Source of the DNA: the human T2T-CHM13v2.0 reference genome, Homo sapiens
Length of the DNA: 64,000 bases
Strand: one strand, 5' to 3'
Assembly: GCF_009914755.1 (NCBI RefSeq)
Contig: NC_060927.1
The position numbers and the translations under genes were made by a program. The notes beneath the pieces were generated by a model that was given only the letters and a program-made list of their open reading frames with translations, made no database searches and was not told where the DNA came from. Of the stretch, positions 32,406 to 53,577 are shown one piece after another; the stretch's first letter is position 1; each line of letters opens with the position of its first letter.

Positions 32406-33094
32406 CACACATGTGTCTTTCTGGAGCTCATTTTATGGAGATCCCGCATAGCTCCCCAAATTCCTATGAGACCAAATAAGAAAAATCACAGTTTCCTAAG
32501 ACTACAGCTTGGGATATCCTTGGAAAAGGTGTGTATTGAGAACACAGCATACGGAAACTATTTCACATTGGCAATATCTGTGATTTAACATTGCAAACAT
32601 CAGAAATACAACTTGTTCTTCAGAGCCACCTAAGTCCCTCATAATGGCAATATTAGCTTCTTCTAAATAATAAATTAGCCAGTCAAACTATGTTCTACAA
32701 CATGTTAGAAGTGTCATCCTTCTAGTCAATGTCACATTTCAAGGCAAAGTCGATTTATATGTAAGTTAACAAAAGTGCTGTCACTAAAAATTGAGAATTA
32801 TGTCTAATGCCAATCAGAAATGGAATAAATAAGTATTAGAGGATTTGCAAGTGAAAGCAACCATAGAAATGCTTCATCAGGAAGGAAAATGTATTACCTG
32901 CAGAGGTTACAGAGAAGACTCTAGAACCCAGAAAAGAAAGAATCTCTAAATATTTCCATTAAGTTAATCAAGAGTGGCTGGGTACGGTGGCTCATGTTTG
33001 TAATCCCAGGACTTTGGGAGGCCAAATCGGGCAGATCACAGGGTCAGGGGTTTGAGACCAGCCTGGCCAACATGGCAAAACCCTGTCTCTATTA

Positions 33095-33241
<147 letters not shown>

Positions 33242-34457
33242 TCAGGGCTCCGTTTTGAAAAAAAAAAAAGAAAGAAAGTTAATCAGGAGTGAGAATAGGA
33301 TGAGATTTTCACCCACAAAAGGAGATGAGATTCATGCATTCTTTCAACATGCATTCCATCAATAGTGAGCACCTGCTCTGAGCTAGGCCCGTTCTAGGTC
33401 CCAGGAAATGGGTAACCAACCAGACATGGCCCCTGATTTGGAGCTCACATTTTAGAGCAGCTGAATGGACAGTAAACAAGTAAGCAAATTAAGATCATCT
33501 TAAATTGGGGGAAGTTCTTTAGAGAAGCACTTCCACAAAGCTGAGTTGCATCATAGACTATGACTGCCAGGTGGTAGGGAAGGTAATATCTCACCTGCCT
33601 GTGGATAGCAGAGCCTCTGAGGCCCACAGGGAGCTCCAGAGGATGAACTGCACCACCATGTTATCCCAGCCTGAGATCTTTTGTTCTCCTGTGTCAGCCG
33701 GTCCCTGGCCAAGGGCTGCAGACTCTCTTGGGGCCCCAGCAGACTGGAGGAGAAGCAGCATGGTCTGCGGTCTACTCTTTTGTGCACACCAACCCACCTC
33801 TTCCCCAGCTGACACTGCTGGAGGAGGAGAGGGAAGAGATATCATCCCCTCCTATGGCAACCTGTGGGATAGCAATGGCCCTTTTCCTGTTGGGTGTAAT
33901 CTGCTGCCATCTCTTGCTGTCTGCAGCCTGACACAGAAGGGTGAAGGTCACCAGGTTCCACTGACAGTGGTCTTTGTCTCTAGCAGCAACCCTAGGACAG
34001 TGGCTCCCTTGCAAGATTCAGCCACATCTCATGACTGTCTGCAACACACCCCATGCCTCTGATGGAAGGAACCCAATGCCCCATGCTGCACCCATTTCTG
34101 CCAGACTGGGGTCCCTGATCTCAATTTCCCTCTGCAGTCCCCAACTCTGGGGTCTGCAGACACATTTCAGATCCATCCTTAGTACCTCCCAGGAGGCAGA
34201 AGCCAGAGGAAATAATCCTTGCCCCAATGCACCTGACCATGCCACTTCACTGTATGCTCTTTCTCCCTCTCCAGGAAAAATCAAGCTTGTTGAATACTTA
34301 CCAATGTGCCCACGTACATTTAGTCCCCACAACCACTTCATGGGACAGCATTATCATCCCCAAGTTACAGATGAGGAAATTGAAGACAGCATTTATATAA
34401 CATGCATCTAAGTGGTGGACAAAGGATCTAACCAGGCAGTGTGGCACCAGAGCACAC

Positions 34458-34821
34458 TTTTTTGTTCTTTAGGGAGATGGGATCTCTCTCTGTCCCTCAA
34501 ACTGGAGTGCAGTGGCCTGATCATACCTCACTGCAGCCTTGAACTCCCGGGCTCCAGCAATCTTCCTGCCTCAGCCTCCTGAGTAGCTGGGACTACAGGC
34601 ATTCACCACCAACCCAGCTAATTTTTAAAAATCATTTTTCTAGAGATAGGATCTGATCCCAAACTCCTGACTTCAAGCGATCCTCCTGCCTCAGCCTCCC
34701 AAAGTGCTGGGATTACAGTTGTAAGCCCCTGCGCCCAGCCCAGAGCACACTTTTTTTTTTTTTTTGAGATGGAGTCTCACTCTGTCACCCAGGCTGGAGT
34801 GCAGTGGCAAGATCTCGGCCC
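34458..34821 (-). mobile_element. AluJ (34458-34740) plus a 70-bp Alu 3'-end fragment (34751-34821) at the HML-2 integration site
   Basis: Both Alus are bounded by the repeated target CCAGAGCACA(C/A)TTTT at 34447, 34740 and 43967. Confidence 0.85.
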
Positions 34822-35625
34822 TGTGGGGAAAAGCAAGAGAGATCAGATTGTTACTGTGTCTGTGTAGAAAGAAGTAGGCATAGGAGACTCCATTTTGTTA
34901 TGTACTAAGAAAAATTCTTCTGCCTTGAGATTCTGTGACCTTACCCCCAACCCCGTGCTCTCTGAAACATGTGCTGTGTCAACTCAGAGTTGAATGGATT
35001 AAGGGCGGTGCAAGATGTGCTTTGTTAAACAGATGCTTGAAGGCAGCATGCTCCTTAAGAGTCATCACCACTCCCTAATCTCAAGTACCCAAGGACACAA
35101 AAACTGCAGAAGGCCGCAGGGACCTCTGCCTAGGAAAGCCAGGTATTGTCCAAGGTTTCTCCCCATGTGATAGTCTGAAATATGGCCTCATGGGAAGGGA
35201 AAGACCTGACTGTCCCCCAGCCCGACACCCGTAAAGGGTCTGTGCTGAGGAGGATTAGTAAAAGAGGAAAGAATGCCTCTTGCAGTTGAGACAAGAGGAA
35301 GGCATCTGTCTCCTGCCTGTCCCTAGGCAATGGAATGTCTCAGTATAAAACCTGATTGTATGCTCCATCTACTGAGATAAGGAAAAACCGCCTTAGGGCT
35401 GGAGGTGGGACCTGCGGGCAGCAATACTGCTTTGTAAAGCATTGAGATGTTTATGTGTATGCATATCTAAAAGCACAGCACTTAATCCTTTACATTGTCT
35501 ATGATGCAAAGACCTTTGTTCACGTGTTTGTCTGCTGACCCTCTCCCCACAATTGTCTTGTGACCCTGACACATCCCCCTCTTCGAGGAACACCCACAGG
35601 TGTGGAGGGGCAACCCACCCCTACA
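34822..35625 (+). promoter_or_regulatory. HML-2 5' LTR (804 bp, R/U5 deletion)
   Basis: TGTGGGGAAAAGCAAGAGAGATCAG..CCACCCCTACA; OCT4-type ATGCAAA at 35504 retained; no AATAAA. Confidence 0.97.
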
Positions 35626-35627
35626 TC

Positions 35628-35645
35628 TGGCGCCCAACGTGGGGC
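35628..35645 (+). other. Primer-binding site, tRNA-Lys1,2
   Basis: TGGCGCCCAACGTGGGGC two nt after the LTR. Confidence 0.97.
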
Positions 35646-37562
35646 TTTTCTCTAGGGTGAAGGTACGCTCGAGCATGGTCATTGAGGACAAGTCGACGAG
35701 AGATCCCAAGTACGTCTACAGTCAGCCTTACAGTAAGCTTGTGTGCTCAGAAGAAGCTAAGGTGATAATGGGGCAAACTAAAAGTAAAATTAAAAGTAAA
35801 TATGCCTCTCATCTCAGCTTTATTAAAATTCTTTTAAAAAGAGGGGGAGTTAAAGTATCTACAAAAAATCTAATCAAGCTATTTCAAGTAATAGAACAAT
35901 TTTGCCCATGGTTTCCAGAACAAGGAACTTTAGATCTAAAAGATTGGAAAAGAATTGGTAAGGAACTAAAACAAGCAGGTAGGAAGGGTAATATCATTCC
36001 ACTTACAGTATGGAATGATTGGGCCATTATTAAAGCAGCTTTAGAACCATTTCAAACAGAAGAAGATAGCGTTTCAGTTTCTGATGCCCCTGGAAGCTGT
36101 TTAATAGATTGTAATGAAAAGACAAGGAAAAAATCCCAGAAAGAAACGGAAAGTTTACATTGCGAATATGTAGCAGAGCCGGTAATGGCTCAGTCAACGC
36201 AAAATGTTGACTATAATCAATTACAAGAGGTGATATAACCTGAAACGTTAAAATTAGAAGGAAAAGGTCCAGAATTAGTGGGGCCATCAGAGTCTAAACC
36301 ATGAGGCACAAGTCCTCTTCCAGCAGGTCAGGTGCCTGTAACATTACAACCTCAAACGCAGGTTAAAGAAAATAAGACCCAACCGCCAGAAGCTTATCAA
36401 TACTGGCCGCCGGCTGAACTTCAGTATCAGCCACCCCCAGAAAGTCAGTATGGATATCCAGGAATGCCCCCAGCACCACAGGGCAGGGCGCCATACCCTC
36501 AGCTGCCCACTAGGAGACTTAATCCTATGGCATCACCTAGTAGACAGGGTAGTGAATTACATGAAATTATTGATAAATCAAGAAAGGAAGGAGATACTGA
36601 GGCGTGGCAATTCCCAGTAACATTAGAACCGATGCCAACTGGAGAAGGAGCCCAAGAGGGAGAGCCTCCCACAGTTGAGGCCAGATACAAGTCTTTTTCG
36701 ATAAAAATGCTAAAAGATATGAAAGAGGGAGTAAAACAGTATGGACCCAACTCCCCTTATATGAGGACATTATTAGATTCCATTGCTCATGGACATAGAC
36801 TCATTCCTTATGATTGGGAGATTCTGGCAAAATCGTCTCTCTCACCCTCTCAATTTTTACAATTTAAGACTTGGTGGATTGATAGAGTACAAGAACAGGT
36901 CCGAAGAAATAGGGCTGCCAATCCTCCAGTTAACATAGATGCAGATCAACTATTAGGAACAGGTCAAAATTGGAGTACTATTAGTCAACAAGCATTAATG
37001 CAAAATGAGGCCATTGAGCAAGTTAGAGCTATCTGCCTTAGAGCCTAGGAAAAAATCCAAGACCCAGGAAGCGCCTGCCCCTCATTTAATACAGTAAGAC
37101 AAGGTTCGAAAGAGCCCTACCCTGATTTTGTGGCAAGGCTCCAAGATGTTGCTCAAAAGTCAATTGCCGATGAAAAAGCCCGTAAGGTCATAGTGGAGTT
37201 GATGGCATATGAAAACGCCAATCCTAAGTGTCAATCAGCCATTAAGCCATTAAAAGGAAAGGTTCCTACAGGATCAGATGTAATCTCAGAATATGTAAAA
37301 GCCTGTGATGGAATCGGAGGAGATATGCATAAAGCTATGCTTATGGCTCAAGCAATAACAGGAGTTGTTTTAGGAGGACAAGTTAGAACATTTAGAAGAA
37401 AATGTTATAATTGTGGTCAAATTGGTCACTTAAAAAAGAATTGCCCAGTCTTAAACAAACAGAATATAACTATTCAAGCAACTACAACAGGTAGAGAGCC
37501 ACCTGACTTATGTCCAAGATGTAAAAAAGGAAAACATTGGGCTAGTCAATGTCATTCTAAAT

Positions 37563-43205
<5,643 letters not shown>

Positions 43206-44416
43206 AAAGAAGTAGACATAGGAGACTCCATTTTGTTATGTACTAAGAAAAATTCTTTTGCCTTGAGATTCTGTGACCTTACCCCCAATCCCGTGCTCTC
43301 TGAAACATGTGCTGGGTCAACTCAGAGTTGAATGGATTAAGGGCGGTGCAAGATGTGCTTTGTTAAACAGATGCTTGAAGGCAGCATGCTCCTTAAGAGT
43401 CATCACCACTCCCTAATCTCAAGTACCCAAGCACACAAAAACTGCGGAAGGCCGCAGGGACCTCTGCCTAGGAAAGCCAGGTATTGTCCAAGGTTTCTCC
43501 CCATGTGATAGTCTGAAATATGGCCTCATGGGAAGGGAAAGACCTGACTGTCCCCCAGCCCGACACCCGTAAAGGGTCTGTGCTGAGGAGGATTAGTAAA
43601 AGAGGAAAGAATGCCTCTTGCAGTTGAGACAAGAGGAAGGCATCTGTCTCCTGCCTGTCCCTAGGCAATGGAATGTCTCAGTATAAAACCCGATTGTATG
43701 CTCCATCTACTGAGATAAGGAAAAACCGCCTTAAGGCTGGAAGTAGGACCTGCAGGCAGCAATACTGCTTTGTAAAGCATTAAGATGTTTATGTGTATGC
43801 ATATCTAAAAGCACAGCACTTAACCCTTTACATTGTCTATGATGCAAAGACCTTTGTTCACGTGTTTGTCTGCTGACCCTCTCCCCACAATTGTCTTGTG
43901 ACCCTGACACATCCCCCTCTTCGAGGAACACCCACAGGTGTGGAAAGGCAACCCACCCCTACAGGCCCAGAGCACAATTTTAACCACCATATCATTCTGC
44001 CTCTGGGTAGGTCAGTCAAGCTCTGTAGCTGATCAGATGCCTGTAGAGCGAAGGAGACATCAGTCTCCCCTTCTTCCAAACACCCCCAAATTTTACAAGT
44101 GATTTTCTCAGATCCCTCAGCATCAGGAATGGGGATGAACAGGGCAGCCTGTCCCTTTCCCAACAGCCCAGCAGATATCCCAAGATTATATCTCATTGGC
44201 TCTGACTAGGACATGAGCCCAAACTGAACCAGTTGCTGTAGCCATGGCATGCAGCATCCTCTGTCCTCTGGCCAGGCCAGAGCCACATCCCACTTCTGGA
44301 TCCTCGAGTTGAGTCAATACATCTAGAACCAGGCACGGACTGAAGCTCAAGGAGGAGTCAGAGTAATGAGACCCAGCCCACTGTGTAGTGGGTGCTGAGC
44401 AGGAAAGCATTCATCA

Positions 44417-44707
<291 letters not shown>

Positions 44708-44891
44708 CTACTTTTTGGCATTCTACAGGTAGAAACACTGAGACACTGGAAAATGCTAAAACTCACCACCAGCCAGGAGCGGTGTCTCACACCTGTAATC
44801 CCAGTACTTTGAGAGGCTGAGGCAGAATTACTTGAACCCAGGAGTTCAGGACCAGCCTGGGCAAATTAGCGAGACCTCATCTCTACAAACA

Positions 44892-44930
<39 letters not shown>

Positions 44931-45049
44931 AGGGCTAGGTGCAGTGGCTCACACATGTAATCCCAGCACTTTGGGAGGCCAAGGCAGGTGGATCACTTCA
45001 GCCCAGGGGTTCGAAACCAGCCTGGCCAACATGACAAAACTCTATCTCA

Positions 45050-45187
<138 letters not shown>

Positions 45188-45346
45188 CTAGGTGAGAGAG
45201 TGACACCGTGTCTCAAAAAAAAAAAAAAAAAAAAGGTATGGTGGTACATGCCTGTGGCCCCAGCTACACAAGAGGCTGAGGTGGGAGGATCGCTTAAGCC
45301 CAGGAGTTCAAGGGTGCAATGAGCTATGATTGTACCACTGCACCAC

Positions 45347-45447
45347 TATATATACACACATATATATGTGTATGTATATAGGTATGTCTATATATACACA
45401 TATCTGTACATGTATATGTGTGTGTATATATATGTGTGTATATATAT
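45347..45447. repeat. (TA/TG/CA)n low-complexity tract
   Basis: Alternating purine-pyrimidine run. Confidence 0.9.
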
Positions 45448-45822
45448 AAAAAACACACATGCACGGATTCACCACCACCAACTCAGAAATTACCGTCTCC
45501 CTCTATTCTAAGGAATCATTTTTCATTTTGCCATCTCTGAAGTTGGAATACACCTTACAATCACTGGAATGTCACGGTCTCGTTGGCAGCATTTTTCTGC
45601 TTAGTAGCCCATAAAATAATAGCACATCTTGTAACTAACAGTGTTGTAGATGCTATGAGATCCTGGGGAAGCCCAGAATCTAACTCCACCTTGTCTGACT
45701 CCAAAGACCACATATTTTCTACGTCTTTGGACTGGGGCACAAATGTAGACAACTCGAGCTTTGCTGATTGTGAGAAAGGTATGAGAAATGGCCCTGATGG
45801 AATTTTCTTCTTGTACTTGCAG

Positions 45823-46444
45823 GGGAACAAAGCAGCATCATCCCACTATTCCAGGGGAGGTGCTAAATATGAGGGTGAGGCTGTCAAGTGGTCCCTGGTG
45901 GAGTCCTACACTCACCCGAACAGCAAGGAGACAGAGCGGAGGGAGAACATCGATACCGTATTGAACTGGTTCACCAAGGAAGAATTTGACTTTGTGACTC
46001 TGTACTACAGAGAGCCAGATAACATGGGACATCGATTCAGGCCAGAGGCAGAGAACAGGAAGTTGATGATTCAGCAAATCAACAGGACCATCGGGTATCT
46101 GGTGGGAGCCACTGAGAAGCACAGCCTGCAGAGCACCTCAGCGTCATCATCACATGAGACCATGGGATGACCACCGTGAAGAAGAGACCCAATGTCAACA
46201 AGATCCCTTGTCCAACTACATCAAGTTCAGGGACTGTGTCAAGTTTGATATTGTGGGCTACGGTGGCTTTGGGATGCCCCTAACCAAATTGGGGCAAGAG
46301 GAAGCCCTTTACCAGGCACTGAAGAATGTGCACCCTGACCTCCACGTCTACAAGAAGGAGTTTCCAGAAGACTTCCATCTCGCTAAACATGACCAAGTTC
46401 TGCCAATCATGATGTATGCCAACTGTGGTTACAGTATCAATGGG
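45823..46444 (+). pseudogene. ENPP7-like pseudogene, exon 3 equivalent (probably ENPP7P4)
   Basis: Acceptor TTGTACTTGCAG|, donor GGG|GTAAGT; NIDTVLNWFT..VTLYYREPDNMGHR (Zn ligands), IIT*DHGMTTV (stop 46155), HPDLHVYKKE; frameshifts ~46135 and ~46205. Confidence 0.93.
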
Positions 46445-46523
46445 GTAAGTTCATTCTAAAATGAATAAAGTCACTTTGGAACTAGGAGACAACCATTAGG
46501 GAAGGGTGGTTCTGCAAAAATCA

Positions 46524-46808
<285 letters not shown>

Positions 46809-47709
46809 CTAAATAAAATAAAATAAAATAAGTGCACACACTACGAGTTGTAGCCCACAGGGTCCTAAATGTTCCCCACCCCCCGCCCAACCAATGCTGC
46901 CCCAAATTACCATTATACAAGATTAATGACCAATTCAACTTGACAAGGCTGATTTAAAAATAAAAATAAGGCTGGCCATGGCGGTTCACACCTGTAATCT
47001 CAGTGCTTTGGGAGGCCAAGACAGGAGGATTGCTTAAAGCGAGGAGTTCAAGACCAGCCCGGGCAACATAAGGAGACCCCATCTCTATAAAAAACAAACA
47101 AATAAATAAATAGCCAGACATGGCGATGCATGCCTGTAGTCCCAGCTACTCAGGAGGCTGAGGTGGCAGGATTTCTTGAGCCCAGGAGGTCAAGGCTGCA
47201 GTAAGCTGTGATTGCACCACTGCACTCCAGCTTGAGCAACAGAGCAAGACCCCGTCTCTAAGAAATAAACAAATAATAAAAAATAAACACCAACTTCATT
47301 ATTCAAAATTGTGCATAGTGCTTCACTAAACATTGAATAGCAGTGCTTTCATTTTTGTCTTCCCAACAACCCTATAAAATAGATGTTCTTAGTTCCACCA
47401 TTTTAAAGAAGAAATCAAAACCTAGAAAGAAGTGACTTGAGATTAAAAATGGAAGGTTGGGCTGGGTGCAGCGGCTCACACCTGTAATCCCAGCACTTTA
47501 GAAGGCTAAGGTCGGTAGATTGCTTGAGCCCAGGAGTTTGAGACCAGCCTAGGCAACACAGTGAAACACCATCTCTACAAAAAATGCAAAAAAATGTAGC
47601 TGGGCACAGTGGCACGTGCCTGTGGTCCCAGCAACTCAGGAGGCTGAGGTGGGAGAATTGCTTGAGCCTGGGGGTGTTGAGGCTGCAGTGAGCCATGATC
47701 ACGCAACTG

Positions 47710-49450
47710 TAAGATAGGAGGCAGGACTTGACTCCACAGGCAGGGCTTGGACACCAGACCAAATTGAGGACTAGCTAAAACAGGGCTGGGACAGAAGAAG
47801 CTTTCCATCAGACATGCTCACCAGTGTGCCACGTGAGTTTACTATTGCCATGGCAACACCCGGGAGTTACTGCCCCTTTCCATGGCAATGACCCAATGAC
47901 TCAAAAGTTACTACCAATTTTCTAGAAATTTCTGCATAAACTGCCCTTTAATCTGCATGCAATTAAAAGTGGGTATAAATGTGATTGCAAACTCTCTGCC
48001 GCTACTCTCCACCTCCAGGGTAGCCCTGCCCTACAGGAGCAGTCACAGGGCTGTAACGCTGCCTCTTCAATAAAGCTGTTTTCTTCTATACCTCCAGCTT
48101 GCCCTTGAATTCTTTCCTGGGCAAAGGCAAGAACCCTCATGTGCTATTGAGAGGTGACAGCGTTCTGGCAGCCCTGGAGCTCACTCTCAGTGTCTCCTCT
48201 GCCTGGGCTTCCAATTTGGCAGCACTTGAGGAGCGCTTCAGCCCACCGCTGTACTGTGGGAGCCCCTTCCTGGGATGGCCGAGGCTGGAGCCGGCTCCCT
48301 CAGCTTGCGGGGAGGTGTAGAGGGAGAGGCACGGGCGGGAACCGGGGCTGGGCGTGGAGCTGGCGGGCCAGCGCGAGTGCCGGGTGGGCATGGGCTCGGC
48401 AGGCCCCACACTCGGAGCGGCCAGCCAGTCCCGCCGGCCCTGGGCAGTGAGGGGCTTAGCACCTGGGCCAGCAGCTGCTGTGCTCAATTTCTCACCGGGC
48501 CTTAGCTGCCTCTCCACAGGGCAGGGCTTGGGACATGCAGCCCACCATGCCTGAGCCTCCCCACCACCCACTGTGGGATCCTGCAAGGCCTGAGCCTCCC
48601 CAGTGAGCACCGCCCCCTGCTCCACAGCGCCCAGTCCCATCGACCACCCAAGGGCTGAGGAGTGCCGGCGCTGGGCGCGGGACTGGCAGGTAGCTCCACT
48701 TGCGGCCCCAGTGTGGGATCCACCTGGTGAAGCCAGCTGGGCTCCTGAGTCTGGTGGGGACTTGGAGAACCTTTATGTCTAGCTAAGGGATTGTAAATAC
48801 ACCAATCGGCACTCTGTATCTAGCTCAAGGTTTGTAAACACACCAATCAGCACCCTGTGTCTAGCTCAGGGTTTGTGAGTGTACCAATGGACACTCTCTA
48901 TCTAGCTAATCTAGTAGGGACTTGGAGAACTTTTGTGTCTATCTCAGGGATTGTAAACACACCAATCAGCACCCTGTCAAAATGGACTAATCAGCTCTCT
49001 GTAAAACAAACCAATCGGCTCTCTGTAAAATGAACCAACCAGCAGGATGTGGGTGGGGCCAGATAAGAGAATAAAAGCAAGCTGCCCAAGCCAGCAGTGG
49101 CAACCCACTGGGATCCCTTTCCACACTGTGGAAGCTTTGTTCTTTTGCTCTTTGCAATAAATCTTGCTGCTGCTGACTCTTTGGGTCCACACTGCCTTTG
49201 TGAGCTGTAACATTCACCTTGAAGGTCTGCAGCTTCACTCCTGAAGCCAGTGAGACCAGCAACCCACCAGAAGGAAGAAACTCTGAACACATCCGAGCAT
49301 CAGAAAGAAAAAACTCCAGACGCACCGCCTTTAAGAACTGTGACGCTCACCCCGAGGGTCCGTGGCTTCATTCTTGAAGTCAGTGAGACCAACAACCCAC
49401 CAGTTCTGGACACACTATGCTCCACTGGGGGGCTCCCCTGACCTGCATCA
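47710..49450 (+). mobile_element. MER66-like LTR inserted in an Alu (47459-47709 + 49455-49510) and split by LTR12C
   Basis: T(A)AGATAGGAGGCAGGACTTGACTCC..GAGGACTAGCTAAAACAGG..CCTGCATCA; TSD ACTG (47706-47709, 49451-49454). Confidence 0.8.
48148..49414 (+). mobile_element. LTR12C (ERV9) solo LTR
   Basis: TGAGAGGTGACAGCG start, GC-rich U3, repeated ACCAATC / TCTAGCT units, AATAAAA 49070, TGGCAACCC 49098, ends GGACACA; TSD CTAT (48144-48147, 49415-49418). Confidence 0.93.
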
Positions 49451-49589
49451 ACTGCGCTCTGGCCTGGGTGGCAGAGAGAGAGAGATCGTATCTTAAAAAA
49501 AAGAAAGAAATGTAAGGTTAAGTGCTGCCCTCAAGCCTGCGTGGGTGATCATTATACAGAGTACACAAAGATCACCAAAAAATTCACCA

Positions 49590-50495
<906 letters not shown>

Positions 50496-50637
50496 AAAGC
50501 AGCTTTAAGGGCCAGGCATAAGGGCCATGCCTGTAATCCCAGCACTTTGAGAAGCCAAGGCAGGAGGATCACTTGAGCCCAGGAGTTCAAGACCAGCCTA
50601 GACAATATGGCAAAACCTGGTCTCTACAAAAAATTTA

Positions 50638-50775
<138 letters not shown>

Positions 50776-50785
50776 TTAAAAATTA

Positions 50786-50932
<147 letters not shown>

Positions 50933-53577
50933 TTAGCCAGCGGTGGTGGCCCGTGTTTGTAGTCCCAGCTACTCAGGAGGCTAAAGGGGGAGGATTGCTT
51001 GAGCCCAGGAGGTTGAGGCTGCAGTGAGCCAAGATTGTATCACTGCACTCTGGCGTCAGCAACAGAACAAGACCGTGTTTCACAATTTTAAAAACAGTTA
51101 AAAGACAAGCCTAAAGAAAACACAAAAACCAATGCTAACTGTGAGACATAAATGAGGTGGTCTATTTTTTGTTAACTACCAACTAACAATTCATGGCAGA
51201 AACAAAGTTTAAATGATGCTATAGCCGGGCACCGTGGCTCACGCCAGTAATCCCAACACTTTGGGAGGCTGAGGCGGGTAGATCACCTGAGGTCAGGAGT
51301 TTGAGACCAGCCCGGTCAACATGGTGAAACCCCATCTCTACTAAAAATACAAAAATTAGCCAGGCGTGGTAGCAGGTGCCTATAATCCCAGCTACTCAGG
51401 AGGCTGAGGCAGGAGAATCGCTTGAACCCCGGGGGGGCGGAGGTTGCAGTGAGCCAAGATCGCACCATTGCACTCCAGCCTGGGCGACAGAGAGAAACTC
51501 CATCTCAAAAAATAAATAAATAATTAAATAAATGATGCTATAAACCTCATGTGAGGGAAGACTGTCCCAGGTACAGCTTGAAGAACCCTTGCTGTGAATA
51601 GGGGCCAAATGCGATAATTCTGTTTGCAACTTGCTTCATGTTAGCTTGTTGCAACTCCAGAGTGTAACAGGTATGAGAAAACTCATGGGGTTACTGTTTA
51701 ATGTTGGTGGAAATATTCACATTAAAATATAATGGTTTATCACCTAAGGTATATTTTATCCCTCAAGTGGCCCGGAACACTGTGATTACTGCACACCAAT
51801 CGCACGCCCATAGCTAAGGCCTTGCCAAGGAGAAATTCCGCAGTCACCTGGCCTATTTGTAAACCTGATTTATGATGTTTTGTAACAGGATATCTTGACA
51901 GTAGCATGAGGACATTTAATGAGACAAGAACATTCCCCACTGACCAACCAGATAGTTTGAGGGAACAGGATGCTGTGCTCAGTTTAATCTTCTGCTGAAC
52001 CGACCATTAGGCAGAAAATCCTTTGAGTCAATGCCTCTCACTGAATCCACTTCTCATCCTGTCCACCTGCCTGCTTTGCAGTGCAGAGTAAAGTGGGCCT
52101 TCCTTGACTCTCTTCAGGGACCAATGTGCTTGAGGCCATCATGAGGACTTTCTTTTTTTTTTTTTTTTTTTTTTTTTGAGAGAGTCTCACTCTGTCGCCC
52201 AGGCTGGAAGGCAGTGGTGTGATCTCAGCTCCCCACTGCAAGCTCTGCCTCCCAGGATCAAGTGATTCTCCTGCCTCAGCCTCCTGAGTAGCTGGGATTA
52301 CAGGCACACGTCACTAGGCCCAGCTAATTTTTCTATTTTCTGTAGAGAGAGGGTTTCACCATGTTGGCCATGCTGGTGTCGAATTCGTGACTTCAAGTGA
52401 TCCACCTGCCTCAGCCTCCCAAAGCGCTGGTATTACAGGTGTGAGCCAACGTGCCAGCCGAGGGCTTTCATTCTTGATGGACTGCTCCATAGCCTCAGAG
52501 ACAGTCGGACTGGTTTCTTCAACCAGAGCGGAGCAGACAGGCAATTTCTGTATCCACCAGGCCAAATATTAGACCAACTCTTCAATGTACAGAGAGCATC
52601 ACATTTCTTATATGCTAGAATATCTGTTGGTCTAAAATATAAATAAATAGTGTTGTAGCCAGCCACAGTAGCTCATGCCTATAATTCCAGAGCTTTGTGG
52701 GGCTGAGGCAGGAGGTTCACTTGAGGTCGAGTTTGAGACCAGCCTGGGCAACATAGCAAAACCGCCCGCCCCTCACCGCCACCTGCCATCTCTACAAAAA
52801 TTAAAATAATTACCTGGGTATAGTAGTGTGGGCCTGTAGTCCCAACTACTTGGGAAGCTGATGTGGGTGGATTGCTTGAGCCCAGGAATTTTGAGGCTGC
52901 AGTGGGCTATGACTGCATCACTGTACTCCAGCTAGACCTTGTCTCAAAAAAAAAAAAAAAGTGTTGCAATTGACATTTCTTTATCATTTGAAAAGAGGGA
53001 GAGACAAGAAAGGTTTTTGGCATTTACCAAGCAATTACCCAGAATCCTCATCCCATCCTACCCCCACCCTTCCCCTAAAAATGTATGTATGTGTATTTAT
53101 ACCATAAAAAAATACATCTATTTGGCTCTGGAACCGGATTGCTTGGGTTCAATTACCTGATCTAGCATTTGCTCCTGTTGACTCAGTGTAGACAAGCTCT
53201 GTAACTCAGTTTCCCCAGCTGTAAAATGGGGAATGGCGCCTTTACTGGGCTGCCATGAGGGTAAAGGAGGGAACGTATATTTATGAAGCATTCAGAACAA
53301 TTCATGATACATAGTAAGCTCCATATATTTGAGCTTATTATTACTGTCAGTACGATTATCATCATCTTGCTGTTTCCAATGGGTACGCTTTCTACATTCT
53401 CTTTCTTAAAGACCTTTAAATCCTTGGTATTCCCTCCACCACCACAGAGAGCAGTGTCCTTGTAGTTTAAATTCTCAAAGACTTCATGGATCCAACAAGC
53501 ATGACATTAACTAAGGGACAGTTTTCTTTCAGCGGATTGGAATCTAAAATGGCTTTTTTATTGTTATTATTTTTCAG

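Noticed and set aside
33571-34411. Overlapping 163-aa and 145-aa ORFs upstream of HML-2
   Set aside because: No recognisable domain, non-ATG starts, ORFs on both strands, 3' part MIR-like.
35600-35767. 56-codon N-terminal extension of Gag in the ORF track
   Set aside because: Starts at a non-ATG codon in U5 and crosses the PBS; the real start is ATG 35768.
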